A stretch of DNA of 64,000 nucleotides from Elsinoe ampelina. Taxonomy: Eukaryota. The notes under the pieces were generated by a model that saw nothing but the letters and a program-made list of their open reading frames with translations, did no database searches and had not been told where the DNA came from. The stretch spans positions 2,186,919 to 2,250,918 of the forward strand of contig ML992503.1 of NCBI GenBank assembly GCA_010093995.1. The letters run 5' to 3'. This document shows, in pieces, positions 10,028 to 23,740 of this stretch; position 1 is the first letter of the stretch; each line of letters starts with the position of its first letter. Position numbers and translations under genes: made by a program.

Positions 10028-13000
10028 GCCTGCTGCTCCGGAGAGCAAGATTCTTTAGGTCAGTCAACCTGTTTCTATTCTTTAGCAGAGAATGATTGTT
10101 GGAAAGATTTGCTCGAGAGTCGTTTCGCGTCGTGGTCCAAGGTCGTTATACGAGATTACCCGTATCCTATGCAACCACCTACGACACGTCCAAAGAAGGA
10201 GTAGAAGTAAGTAGGTGCTTGAGAAGAAGGTTTTGACCTTGATGACCTAGCCAAGAAATTTTCGGGCCACAACCAGGTGCCGGGATCCATTTGACGTGTC
10301 TAGTAGCCATGAGAAAGTATTGGATTGGCTAGGCATGATTCGGTGAGCCCAGTCGAGAGATCGCGTAGCAGCTGCAGCGTCTATGCAGAGGCGGCACTAC
10401 TGGAGCCTTGCAGCACGGCAGCACTCATCCGAAGCGGATAACTCCACAAAGCTGGAGCGAGTTTGGCCCGGGCTACAGACATATCTGCATCACTGTCCGC
10501 CAAACGCATCGCAACAGCGGCGCATAGAGAGGGAAGGTTGGCGACATCAGAAACTGTTCGCAGCAGGACAAAAAGGCCAGCGAGTGGACATTAATGGGAT
10601 TTGCACGGAACGGCCCTTCATAACAAGGCAGTCCCTTGACGAAGGACCAGGTTCAACAGTGGTTCGGGGTGAAACCTTCTCGACGACAATATCAACGGCG
10701 AACTCTAATACTATGGCAAGCGTAACGAATATTATCACAGAGCACCCTGTGCAAGCAACGGTTTCTACACTGCCGAGCGTAGCTTCTCAGACGAGCGAAT
10801 CAGCTCCTGTCGCCGCTTCCAAACCGCTGTCAATGCCTTTCTCAGGTTTTGCCAGATGAAACTTTAATTCGCAGTGTCCGACATCCCTCGCTCAGCTCGC
10901 TGACAACACAAGGTGACGAGGCTCTCGGATTTGACATTCCAACGCATCTACAAAACGCCAGCAACCACACCTCTCAAATTCAGTCTTGCGGAAGTCCACG
11001 TGTCACTCGCAATCATGTGCATGGCCGACACGTGCCAATGAGTCATTCAAGTAATCCTTCCTTGGTATTATGCCTGCTCTGCTGGCAGGACATGTCGGAG
11101 AATCCCCAGCTCGGATGATTAGCTGCACGGGCGGCTGCATGGTAAGAAGCGGACAAACAACGATGGCATTCATGTCGCACCAATTGCGTCTGTTTATGGT
11201 ATCGCGCTCCTTAGGCGGCGCAGAACATTTTCAGGCGGTGCGACCCGCCACATAGCGTATGTATTGCTGAGTCGTGTAACCCCAGACACCCGCGGGTATT
11301 GCGACGAAAGGGCAACAGTACACACCGAAATGCGATGCGAGACTCCGTTGGCAAGAATCTGGAATCTCACTGGAATCCATACGGCCGGAATACAAGGCCC
11401 TCAAGTCTATACGTGGCCGTCGACTCAACGATCCCGTTCATTACGAGCATCAGCGGTTTTGCAGCACACGTTACATCGTCACTCTACAAACGCTTGACCC
11501 AGATCATAGCCAGCTCTTAACACCGTTCGATCGAGCGCGCAGAACTTCCAGTCCAGCTAGCGATTCATGGGAGCCTCGAGAAAGTAACGTTGTCAATGTC
11601 TCGGCATCACCATACAAGCGTGGTAGACGTTGCATTTTTGGAGGCTAACAGAGCCTCGAACCATCATTTTCCGCTCCGTCCAGATCGCGCAACGTACACG
11701 GTCTTCCTTGGATGACGTCGACATCTAAAGCTGCTGCATACTGCTCTTCGAAGTCTTGTGCAAGATATCACGAGGCCAGAGTGGTACAAGACTCGCTTCG
11801 CAATTTCCCTGCATGCGCATGCAAGCCAGACGTCCAGTAGTAAGGATCGCAATGGCCACGCAACGTTGATGCATTGACGTTGAGAATTATTCCCCGGACG
11901 TTGCCTGGAGCCACAGTTCATGAAACGGCGTTCGGTCAGGAGGTTCCGGCAGGGCAACCGTTCCCTCACCGGCCTCAATCCAGTTCAAAATAACCTTGTC
12001 GACAACCTGATGGCCAACGTCCGCTTTCGAGACAGGTACGTTGCGACTTGCCGTTGACCTAGACTGCTGACGAAAACATACCTCATGGGAATGCATAACC
12101 TCGATCAAATTTCACGACCCTCGTCATGTACCGGATCTCGAGCCAACCATAGAAGCTGAAGTCCTGTGACCTGCCGATGATCACCGAGCCGTCAACTTCA
12201 TCATCTCTGCCAGTTCCAGTTGCACGCACTGGTCTATTGCAAAATCAATGAGAAGATATCTGCATCTCGAGACATTGCTATGCAGACGCCATTACAACAG
12301 GGGACGACTCGAATACCTCACTGATGGCATTGTTGTCGCGATCGCAAGGCCGCCCAGTGATGGGGCCTACTAACGAGCGAGTGCAAATTCCTCCTCGGGG
12401 GTGTAACTGGCAGATTACCGTCGCCATTCGAGCAAGAAGATAAGAGGTTCACGACCGGAAAGAGTTGCGGTGATGATGATGTTCGTAGAGGCTATTGTGG
12501 CAAGCCTTGATTCTAGCACTGTCCAAAAATCCTGCCTAAGCGGCTATGAATCCTGGCGTGGTTGCCAATGAGTCCGATGAATCTCTCAAAGGCAGACTAC
12601 CAATTTTTGCACGACCTGAGGTCTCTTGAGCCAGGGGCTACATTTTGAATGTCAGCAACCTTCTCAGAGATGTCAGCGGAAAATGCGGGAACCGCATATC
12701 AGGCGATTCTTAAATGCTTTGGTACAGTTGACGATGGTAAGGGCCAGTGGATCTAGAACACGTCTTCGCGTCTCTGCATCTCGCTGCTAATGCACCAAAG
12801 GAAGCGACATGTACAAGGCGGAGAACCATTGCGTGGACAGGAACGTGGACACGTGTTGGTACGCAAGAACGTTCGTCACTTCTGGTAGCTTTCTGCAACT
12901 CTCATGGACCATGCGCTCAGTGACAGTGATCGCATCTGCGATTGGTCGTGTCGTCGATTGCTCCGCGGAGCAGATCCTTCAACGTAGAGCAGGCGGGAAG

Positions 13001-14946
13001 CGTACCAGGCTCTGCTAACGGCACGGCTCGTGTACTCACTCGTCGACAACAAGGTTCCCTCATACCTTTCTATCCTTACCCTACAGTATCAAAGCAACGA
13101 TACAGAGATAAGAGCAGCTTATATGGCAGGAAAACCATTGCTGATTGTCAAAAGACGGCCCTGACATCTAAAACACCACCTAGCCCTCGCGCTGACGACT
13201 TCTTGGTTACAGCGCGTACAAGACCTGCCTATCACGGCGGTCTACGATCTCACTCCACCTTTTTGAACAGGCCAAGTCCACTACCACCACAGGTCTCGAG
13301 CGATGACATGGAGTACACCTCACTTTGCAAGGTCGCGTCGCATGCAATACTTGGCCCTTCACCAGGTCATGCAAGAGCTAGGATGGTTATCCACAGCCTC
13401 CCGCTGACCTCAGCGCTGAATTCTTTCAGATGGACCTTCAGATATCTCGAACCAGGCGGCCATCACTCCGTGAGACAAGGGGTACACCGAAAGAACCTCC
13501 CAGACGCGTCAAGATTCGCAAACATACTGGAACGACTGACCTGGAGAGAGCTTCTCGACTCTTGGTTCTTCGAAGGTTCTAAAGATGACTTGAGACTTCG
13601 AACACAACGCCAAAGATGTTACCAAGCATAAACGATGGATGATAAGTGTCGAATTATTGCCCATGGCGACTTGCAACACCACCAGCTACTGGCGGAGGTC
13701 CCTTCCCGAACGCTGCGTCCATGCGCAGGCCTTCGGTGGATACACGGAATTGACTCATGGCTGCTGTACTTGCACACAGACTTCATGGGCCGCATGTCAC
13801 GGAAACGTTAATGCCAGCTGATGCCTCTCGAGTCGTGCAACGAGAACCCACGCACCCGACACAAGTCGCGAAAGCTAAGAGGAGAAAGTCACAAGGGTCA
13901 CAAGATCAGTGCCCGAACGCAGAATTGCAGCCAAAAGCAAGCATAGAAAGACGGCAGACATGCCTCAACGGCGTCCTACCTTGATCGAATCATCAAAGCA
14001 CCTCGGCAACCTTTTCCTCCACCGAGGTAGCGTGGAACGCTAATGCATACATGGACCCACAGGTATTGCATGTGCTCAAGTTGGTCCACTGCCAACAGGC
14101 TCCTGCAGGTCATGCATCGGACGCGTGCTCGTGTCAGCAAGCCGTTCCTAGTATGCTCACCGTCAGACCTCTCCACGGATAGTGCTCTATGAAGCGTGCG
14201 CCGACACTGGATTCGACCTGTGACTATGCAGAGCATCACAAGCTGTCCTTTGTCACGGAAGAGCTGGGAAATAACAATTGTTCTGGGCACAAGACGTCTC
14301 TGTCTCGGTGCGGAACGCGTCGGCACCAAAATCTGCTCGACAGGGTATCAGACGTGCCATTTACTCCCTCTCGGAAGCTGCACCATCGTTCGTGCTCGCC
14401 CGCCACGCTCGAGTGTCGCTTAGTACGTGCATATGCACGGTGCGTGATCCTTCGACGAACATTGCAGGCATTAGTGCTGCAGGCATGAGCATGTTGGCTG
14501 GGCGAGGAGACCTAAATGTGCACGTGTCCCAGCGGCTTTAACTGTGAACATGTTTTCCAGTTCTTGGTGCGCTGCATACTGTATGGTAGGTCACTGAACA
14601 TTCACGCTGCGTCCGTGGCTGGATCATCTCACACACAGACGTTGACTCAGGAGCCTGATAGAACGGCTAAAAGGAAGAGCAATCGGAAGATTCCCGAGTC
14701 CACTGACCTGCTTGATGCTTGCAGCGAACTTTAGAACACCTTCAGAGGAAGTCAGTTTCCTTTGAGATCGGACGACATATCACATTGACCACGAGGGATA
14801 CACTCACTAACGCAGGCCTCGGGAGACCAGTGTGATTGACATTGCCATTCGGTCATGACTACCAAAGATGCGATTCAAGAAACGCCAAATGCTATGCTGG
14901 GTATCAGAAATGCAGTAAGTCTGCACATACTTCTCGGGCCATGTCT

Positions 14947-16137
<1,191 letters not shown>

Positions 16138-16189
16138 TCAGGAGAGCTTGGTCTGCATCATTCTCGAATATTGCGATTGGGACCCCAAT

Positions 16190-17595
16190 ATGGAATCACA
16201 ACGCCCCCGGGCGTTTTTGGACATCACAATTGATGCTTCACCAGCTGGACGGTTGGTTCTGGAGCTCTTCAACGACAAAACTCCGAAGACCTGCGAGAAG
16301 TACGATTACTTCGCCCTGAAGGCCTTCATATCTAACTGTTCCAGCTTCCTCGCGCTGTGCAACGGATCTCACGAAGGCCTTACCTACGCGCTCTCGCCGT
16401 TCCATCGCATCATCGACGAGTTTATGATCCAAGGAGGGGATATCACAAAAGGCGACGGAACCGGCGGAAGTTCGATCTACGGAGGAGAATTCGAGGACGA
16501 GAACTTGACCTGGCGTGACATGGACGCCACTGGTCTGGTGTGTATGGCAAATAGAGGCCCAGGAACGAACGGCAGTCAGTACGCGCTCCTTCTGTCTTCT
16601 TCATTGGCCAGCTTTCTTTGCCCTTGCATATCCGCATTCACGGTGAGATCTATACTGACAGGCTCTATAGATTCTTCATCACCTTGACTCCCTGCCCACA
16701 CTTGAACGGGAAGCACACCATCTTTGGCCGTCTTGTCGCTGGCCAGGACGTCCTGGCCAAGATCGCGGAGGTGCCGGTAGACAAGAATGATCGACCGAAA
16801 GGATCAGTTCTGATCTCCCGCTGCGGCGAGCTGGAGCGTAAGAAACGCGCGCCCCCTGCGCCTGCAACGACAGCGCACGATCCGAAGAAAGAACCAGCTC
16901 GAAAGCCCGTCTCAGGGTCTAGATCGCCAGCGAGCTCACCACAACGAGAGCGTCGCAAAGACGACAGGAACGGACGACCAAGAGAAGAGCAGGACAGCAG
17001 GAAGCGGAGACGCAGATCAGATCAAGGCCCAGATGAGACATTCCGTGGCCGACCGAAGACAAGGTCCGAGTCTCGTTCGCCGACCCGCAGAGGAAGCTCA
17101 GATGCGATGGTCGATGATGCACCTGTTGCCAGGAAAGACTCACCACCACGGAAACACCGAAGAGTGCGGAGCAGAAGCCCCAGTCGAGATGACGACAAGG
17201 ACGACAAGAGGACAAGATTGAGGCGAAGCAGGAGTCGTAGTGGCAGCGGACACGAAGGACGGAGAAGAAGGCACGACCGCCCAGACAACGATAGAGACCG
17301 ACGCGGCGGGAACAGAGATGAGCGCGATGTCGACTGGCGGGATCGCCGAAGGGATGACCGCGAACGAGCGAATCGAGGCGGAGGATACCGGGATCGAGAC
17401 CAGACAGGAAGCAGATTCAACGACAGACGATTCGACGACCGCAGAGGAAACGGCAACAGACGCTATGGCAACAACGACGGACGACTCAACGACGGCAGAT
17501 TAGGTGGCGACGAGCATGATGCGTCGTCAGAAAGCGGCATCAAATTCAAAGGCCGGGGGAGCATGAAGTTCCGCGAACCAGACCGGAGATGGTAG
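16190..17595 (+). CDS. Cyclophilin-type PPIase with RS/RD-rich tail (PPIG-like)
   Basis: FHRIIDEFMIQGGDITKGDGTGGSSIYG, MANRGPGTNGSQFFITL, HLNGKHTIFGR; introns 16300-16344 and 16579-16670. Confidence 0.9.
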
Positions 17596-17711
17596 TACAG
17601 CTAATCCAACCACATCCATGCGTTCCCACATGCCCATCTTCCTCCACACCAGTCCCTCCCCAGTCCCCTCCCTGTGCCACTCGTCTCCACCTTCGACTCG
17701 AGACGCCGGTC

Positions 17712-20111
17712 TCATATCTCCCTACACCACCTCACCATCCCCTGCCCCACCCCCTCCACCCCTCCCCCCTCCAAAACCCCCCCAATCTCCTCAAGGCTAA
17801 CATCCACCCTCCCCGCCCCCCTCCCCCCTCCCACGCCATCCTCAACCACCAACCCCCTCTCCACCAGCCCCTCCCACGCCATCCTCGCCACCCTTACCCC
17901 CCACACCCTCGCCCCCTGCCCCGTCGCCAGTGCCCCCGACGCACTAGCCGCGATCCTGGCCTTGGAGGCGAGGGATTTATACTCGTCGTACGCCAAGGGG
18001 AAGGAAATGGCGTCCGAGTCGTGGATGATGACTAGCCTTGCCGCGGCGATGAGGAGGGAGAGTTGGAGTGTCGACAACGAGGGGAGGAGGGAGAGGAGGG
18101 AGTCCGGCGGGGAGAGCGAGGGGGCGTGGGCGAGGTGGGAGTCGAGGTGGGACGTGAGGGCCGCGAGGGTGGTGGGGGACGTGGGGAGGGAGGCGAAGGG
18201 GAGGTAGAGGGCGGTGAGGAAGGAGGGGACGGATTTGGTGGTGTGGTAGGTTTGGAGGAGGAGGGTGTTGAGGGGGTTGTTGGTGGTGAAAAGGGTGGTG
18301 ATGAGGGTGTTCCATGTGTTGAAGGTCGGGGTGGGAAGGGTGAGGTGGGACTGGCACATGGATTTGAAGATGGCGAAGGTGCGGGCGAGAGGGAGGTAGG
18401 TTTGGCGGTGGGAGAAGCGGGATTTGACGCGCTTTTCGAGGGCTTCGGCGACGTCGAAGCGGGTGGTGAGACCGAGGACGGCGATGGGGGCTTTGCGGGA
18501 CTGGGCGATGTCGAAGAGGTTGTAGAGGAGGGTTTGGCGGGGGTGATGGGTGAAGAGGTCGAATTCGTCAAGAATGATGATCACGCTCTTGGCCATACGA
18601 CCCTGAGTCTCCTGCCCAGTCTCGGAAGGATGAGATAGCAGAGCAAGAAGAGTGGTGAGTGTGTCCGCGTAGTTCTTCACAAGGCTGTCGTCGTCGATCT
18701 CCATTTCTCGACCGAGTTGCCGCCATATCTCGCGTATGGCAACCTTGTCATCAGTGTGAACGAAGCCACTCAACCGCACCACGTGAAAGTCGTTGGCATG
18801 ACTGACTTGCTGTTCGCGGATGACGTTGTCCACGAGCGCTGATTTGCCACTTCCTCGAGCCCCAATCAAGACCATAGAGTTGCTCTCGCCGGCTGTAACG
18901 GTCTGCTCAATCATACCAGCGACCTTCTGATACTCAGCGTCGAGCCCGACCAAAGGATGATAGGCTCCTTCGTGGCCGGATGGTGGCTTTCTGGTGAGTC
19001 TCCTAAGCACGGCTGTCTTCGCCTTTCGAAGCTGATCCTCTTCCAATTCCAGGCCTCCGTCAGCATCTACATCCGGCATCTCTTCGTCCTCAGCGACAAC
19101 CAAATCTGGAGGCGCCGTTTCAGGTCCTTTCGTACTTCGCTTGGTTACCTTTGGCGCCGCGATATTAGTTTCGACCATCGGGGCCGAGTGTACTGCCATA
19201 GTTCGCTTTTGTGGTGTCTTCTTGAGCTGCGGCGGGTCAAGAACCGTGGTTGGAGTAGGTACGTCCACGGAGTCCTCAAGCCCTATGGCTTTGATGGGCA
19301 TCGGTCTCTCTGCGAGAGTTGGCTTGATCTTTTTCTTCTCTGCTTTTGCGTTTGTCTCGGTATCTGATTCGGACTCCGGTATTTCAGCAGGCAGTATCTT
19401 CTTCTTCACAGCGGACGATCGACCACTCCTCGGAGCAGAGGCTGGCGTTACCTTTCCCTTCCCTGTAGCTCCATTGGGCGTCTGCCGCTCTTGGGTCATC
19501 TTCGATCGAGCAGCAGGTGAGCTCCTCGCAGGTGTTGTAGCCAATTGCGCTTCCTCGAGCTTCCTCGAGATTTGCCTCTTCCTGCCACTCGTTCGTCGTG
19601 AATCCAGGTCGACTGAGCCTTCTTTCGAGTCCACTGTGACCGAGGGTGCATCTTGCATGTCAACGTCCCCTCCAGAATCTCCACGTGTGCCGTTCTGCCC
19701 AGCCATCGCTTCCTTATCCAGCTTGCCATCATCTTGCTCCTCCTCCGTAGTGATTGCCGACCTCCTTGTCTTTCGCCCAACTGTCTTGACCGCTGCCTCG
19801 CTATTGACCTTCCCTGAGCTCCTCTTGGCTCTAGTCGCTGTGACCAGGCTTTTGTCATCCCCATTGACCTGATCTCCAGCTCCTGTTTCCCCGTTCCCAA
19901 ATGGAGAAATATTCCTCGCTCTTGTCTGTGTTGTGCGAGCAGCAGCAGCCGAATTACTTTCCTCACGCTGATCAGAAGCCAAACTCGCGCCATTCGCACC
20001 TCTTCCCATCTCCCTATATCTCCTCATCTCGGCGAGCTTCGCGCTGGCACTGCTTCCCTCGGGCAGAGCCACCGCATCCAGCTTTCTCCGTTTAGAGGCG
20101 CGTTCGGACAT
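17712..20111 (-). CDS. ORC4: Origin recognition complex subunit 4
   Basis: AGESNSMVLIGARGSGKS (Walker A), IIILDEFDLF..RQTLLYNLFD, LEKRVKSRFSHR; likely start MSERASKRRK. Confidence 0.93.
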   Translation of the reverse strand: MSERASKRRKLDAVALPEGSSASAKLAEMRRYREMGRGANGASLASDQREESNSAAAARTTQTRARNISPFGNGETGAGDQVNGDDKSLVTATRAKRSSGKVNSEAAVKTVGRKTRRSAITTEEEQDDGKLDKEAMAGQNGTRGDSGGDVDMQDAPSVTVDSKEGSVDLDSRRTSGRKRQISRKLEEAQLATTPARSSPAARSKMTQERQTPNGATGKGKVTPASAPRSGRSSAVKKKILPAEIPESESDTETNAKAEKKKIKPTLAERPMPIKAIGLEDSVDVPTPTTVLDPPQLKKTPQKRTMAVHSAPMVETNIAAPKVTKRSTKGPETAPPDLVVAEDEEMPDVDADGGLELEEDQLRKAKTAVLRRLTRKPPSGHEGAYHPLVGLDAEYQKVAGMIEQTVTAGESNSMVLIGARGSGKSALVDNVIREQQVSHANDFHVVRLSGFVHTDDKVAIREIWRQLGREMEIDDDSLVKNYADTLTTLLALLSHPSETGQETQGRMAKSVIIILDEFDLFTHHPRQTLLYNLFDIAQSRKAPIAVLGLTTRFDVAEALEKRVKSRFSHRQTYLPLARTFAIFKSMCQSHLTLPTPTFNTWNTLITTLFTTNNPLNTLLLQTYHTTKSVPSFLTALYLPFASLPTSPTTLAALTSHLDSHLAHAPSLSPPDSLLSLLPSLSTLQLSLLIAAARLVIIHDSDAISFPLAYDEYKSLASKARIAASASGALATGQGARVWGVRVARMAWEGLVERGLVVEDGVGGGRGAGRVDVSLEEIGGVLEGGGVEGVGQGMVRWCREI

Positions 20112-20328
20112 TGTGCCCTCTTCTTTGTTATTGGTCACCGAGGATGTCGGAAGGAGTGTACGGATCCATTTCCAGCTCATATATGATTCGCCAATTGCAC
20201 ATGCTGGGAGATGTCCAGAGAAGGGACGAGGTCCGGAAAGTAGAGCTGGGACCAGTGGTTCGGGGAGAGGTCGGGTCGAGTTGCCAGCCACGAGATTCAC
20301 ATGGTTGGATCATGTGGCTATAACCATG

Positions 20329-20586
20329 TGTTGACTTGTGTGGGGAGGAAAAAGGATTAATTACTGCCTGATCCACTAACCTGAGGTGGATTGTAACTAC
20401 ATAAATACTCAACCTGATAAACTGAGAGATAGATGAATCAATAGAACTCCTAAGTAACAACAGATTAAGACAATAACTATCTAATTTAATTATAGATTAG
20501 TAAAATAGTAAGATAGTGTTTAGTTCATCCTTGGGATAAACTAAATCAGGGTCTTCTTGGCGCTCTAGCTTATGCCTCGGTTGACA
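20329..20586 (-). repeat. Copia 3' LTR (258 bp)
   Basis: TG...CA termini; direct repeat of 32395-32652; adjacent PPT AGTGAAGGGGTG on the minus strand. Confidence 0.95.
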
Positions 20587-21123
20587 CACCCCTTCACTAA
20601 GTAGCTATAACTCTATAATAGCTAGTTAGTAGACTACTAACTCGAGGGATAGCTATTATAAGAAGGCCTTATACCTCCTAGGTGGCAATGATTTAGTAAA
20701 TCCATTAGCTAGTATATCTGCTAATAGTGTCTATGTAACTAAGATAGGACTAGATAGATCTCTAGCTTAATTAATCTCTTGTTTTAGCCAATAATAATAA
20801 ATATTAATATAGTAAAGGCGTGTGTTTAGCTTCTTAATTAGAGTAGTAATAAGACTAATAGTTTACTAATTATTATACTAAATGCTAACATGTTTAAGGG
20901 GATAGATAGAGGCTATTAGCCTCCTCTACTATATAGCTTGCTTAGTAGTCTCTATAAGAGTAAGTAGCTTAGCCTCTATAGTTAATATTATAACTATTAA
21001 TTGCTTTATAGCTTTCTAGTTAATTAATCCTTAAAACATCTTAAAGAGATAGCCTTAAAGGCTCTTCCTTGTTAGGTAGCTACTAAAGCTAGTATCTAAT
21101 AAAGCTTAAAAGATTAGTAGTAG

Positions 21124-21693
21124 NNNNNNNNNNNNNNNNNNNNNNNNNNNNNNNNNNNNNNNNNNNNNNNNNNNNNNNNNNNNNNNNNNNNNNNNNNNNN
21201 NNNNNNNNNNNNNNNNNNNNNNNNNNNNNNNNNNNNNNNNNNNNNNNNNNNNNNNNNNNNNNNNNNNNNNNNNNNNNNNNNNNNNNNNNNNNNNNNNNNN
21301 NNNNNNNNNNNNNNNNNNNNNNNNNNNNNNNNNNNNNNNNNNNNNNNNNNNNNNNNNNNNNNNNNNNNNNNNNNNNNNNNNNNNNNNNNNNNNNNNNNNN
21401 NNNNNNNNNNNNNNNNNNNNNNNNNNNNNNNNNNNNNNNNNNNNNNNNNNNNNNNNNNNNNNNNNNNNNNNNNNNNNNNNNNNNNNNNNNNNNNNNNNNN
21501 NNNNNNNNNNNNNNNNNNNNNNNNNNNNNNNNNNNNNNNNNNNNNNNNNNNNNNNNNNNNNNNNNNNNNNNNNNNNNNNNNNNNNNNNNNNNNNNNNNNN
21601 NNNNNNNNNNNNNNNNNNNNNNNNNNNNNNNNNNNNNNNNNNNNNNNNNNNNNNNNNNNNNNNNNNNNNNNNNNNNNNNNNNNNNNNNNNNNN
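21124..21693. other. Assembly gap (570 N) inside Copia pol
   Basis: Run of n. Confidence 1.
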
Positions 21694-22662
21694 AATACTA
21701 GGATAGTCCTTTATAAGATTCTCTACTACTAGCTTAAATCTAAAAGGGATAGTATAGTAGGTAGTCTTATTAATAGAGCTATTAATATAGGCATTAATAA
21801 CATCTATCTAGATAGCCTTTATGTCTTTATAAGCAAGTAGAGCTATAAGTATTCTAAAGATCTTAGCTGCTAGAGTTGCTATATAAGTCTCTAACTCTGT
21901 TAATTATAGATTACCTCTTATATAAACTCTTACTTTATACTTTATAACCTCTTCTTTATTATTAACTTTATAGGTAAATACCTATATTAAAGAGATAGGC
22001 TTACTAGTTACTTAAGCAACTAGTATAATAGTCTATATGTGTTTAGAGTGTAAAGTAAGTAATTTAGCCTTTATAGCTTCTTAAAATTGCTTCTTATAAG
22101 AATAAGCCTTAAGCTCTTTAATATTAGCTAGTAGTAGAGGGAGATTGTCCCTTAATTCTAGCTTATGCTAAGTTAGCTATATTAATAGATAAGCATTAAA
22201 AGCTTAATAATATCTAGGTACTTTATTAGGCTATATAAGAGTAGTAATATATACTTACCTTCTTAGCTTCCTTGTCCTTCTTATAGTAAGGATATACTTA
22301 GGAAGAAGGTTAGCTAACCTAGTAGTAATTCTTTAAGAGAGTTACTTAGATTAACTTTTAACTACCCCTTTAGTCTAAACTTCTACCTTATCTCTCTTAG
22401 CTTTATCTCCTCCTATTAGTAGAGGAGATAGCTATACTACTATAGGTAGTAGTAAGGCTAGAACATTAAAGAACTAATTATTTAGTAAAGATTCCTAGAT
22501 CTAAGCTAGGTTTAGATCTAGAATAGCCTTATCTAATTAGTCTAATAGAGGTAGTAACTAATCTAGTATAATAGAGTAACCCTTATCTAGCTACTAAGAT
22601 AGGCTTAGCCCTTAAGCTAGATTACTCTAACTTAGAGTCTAAGATAGTATCTAGTTCGGCTA

Positions 22663-22722
22663 CTAAACTAGATTCTAAACTAGATTCTAAACTAGATACT
22701 AAACTAGATACTAAACTAGATT
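22663..22722 (+). repeat. 12-bp tandem repeat CTAAACTAGAT(T/A) x5 in the Copia IN-RT linker
   Basis: Directly visible; unit length preserves frame. Confidence 0.85.
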
Positions 22723-23203
22723 TAGTTTAGTTATTCCCTCTACTTTATATATCCCTTTAGATTTATTAATCTCCTATAGGAGCCTTAGTAGATTAAGCAA
22801 TCTAATTAGTTTTAGCTAAGGTTGTTCCTCTAGCTTATAGAACTAAGTTTTATTAAATCTAATATCTCTTATTCTAATAACCTTCTTAGAGGCTAGTATA
22901 AAGATCCTAAAGATGTTAGTTAAGTTATAGCTAACTAGATAGCTAATATAAGCCCTTAGTGTAAGCTTATTACTACTTATAATAAGCTTATCTAAAGTAT
23001 AAGCTTTATATCTAAGTGGCCTAAGATAAGCAACTAATAGAGAGCATCTATAAACTAGCTTAAAAGGAGTCTTCTAGTCTAGCTTCTTAAGAGATGTTCT
23101 ATTAATTAGATAGGCTACTAATCTGTATAGTTTAGAGTGTAATTCCCTTAGTAGATTAGCAAAGATAGTAATTGCCCTTACTCTTCTTAATAGTATAGCT
23201 CCT

Positions 23204-23666
23204 TGTCACGAACCGTCTAAATACAGCCTACGCTAGTAGTCTAAGCTAAGCTAGGAACGAGGTAGTTCTACTTCTATAGTAGTATAGTACTAAGGTAAGA
23301 GTTAGAGAAGGTATGTCTTATAGATAATAAAGTACAATTAGATAGTATTATAAAGGCTAGCCTTAGTAATACTAGTATTTGCTATCTAGACGAGGTTAAC
23401 TATAGTACTTATATAAGGTAAGGACTATTCCTATATATATATGTTCTCTATTGTGTTCTCTATATACTCTATATACTTCGTAGCGAGAGTCGGGGGCAAT
23501 ATAGAGTACACGTCCGCTAGTAACCTACGTGCTCTATAGTTTTAGGGGTAGAGCTACTAGAGAAGATAGAGAACTAGGTAAATATTAGGCTAGGTTACGT
23601 AATAATCTCGGCAGCTTAATTAGTCCTAACGTCCCTATATTCTAGCTGTCCTACTAGTTCGTAACA
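23204..23666 (-). repeat. Gypsy 3' LTR
   Basis: TGTCAC...GTAACA; matches 29759-30221 with transition differences. Confidence 0.95.
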
Positions 23667-23740
23667 TTACCCTCCTCCTTTAATTAAGTTATTCTAACGA
23701 GTAAGTATCCTTTCTTGTCCTTACGCGCTATGCACTAAAT

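Noticed and set aside
12942..13631. 229-aa ORF
   Set aside because: Non-ATG start, no recognisable motif or splice structure.
17589..18638. Pro-rich and Gly/Glu-rich ORFs overlapping ORC4 (also at 42.6-43.6k, 53.7-54.8k, 62.6-63.6k)
   Set aside because: Shadow ORFs caused by extreme C/G skew in real genes.
22663..22722. CRISPR-like array
   Set aside because: Contiguous 12-bp units with no spacers, inside a eukaryotic retroelement.
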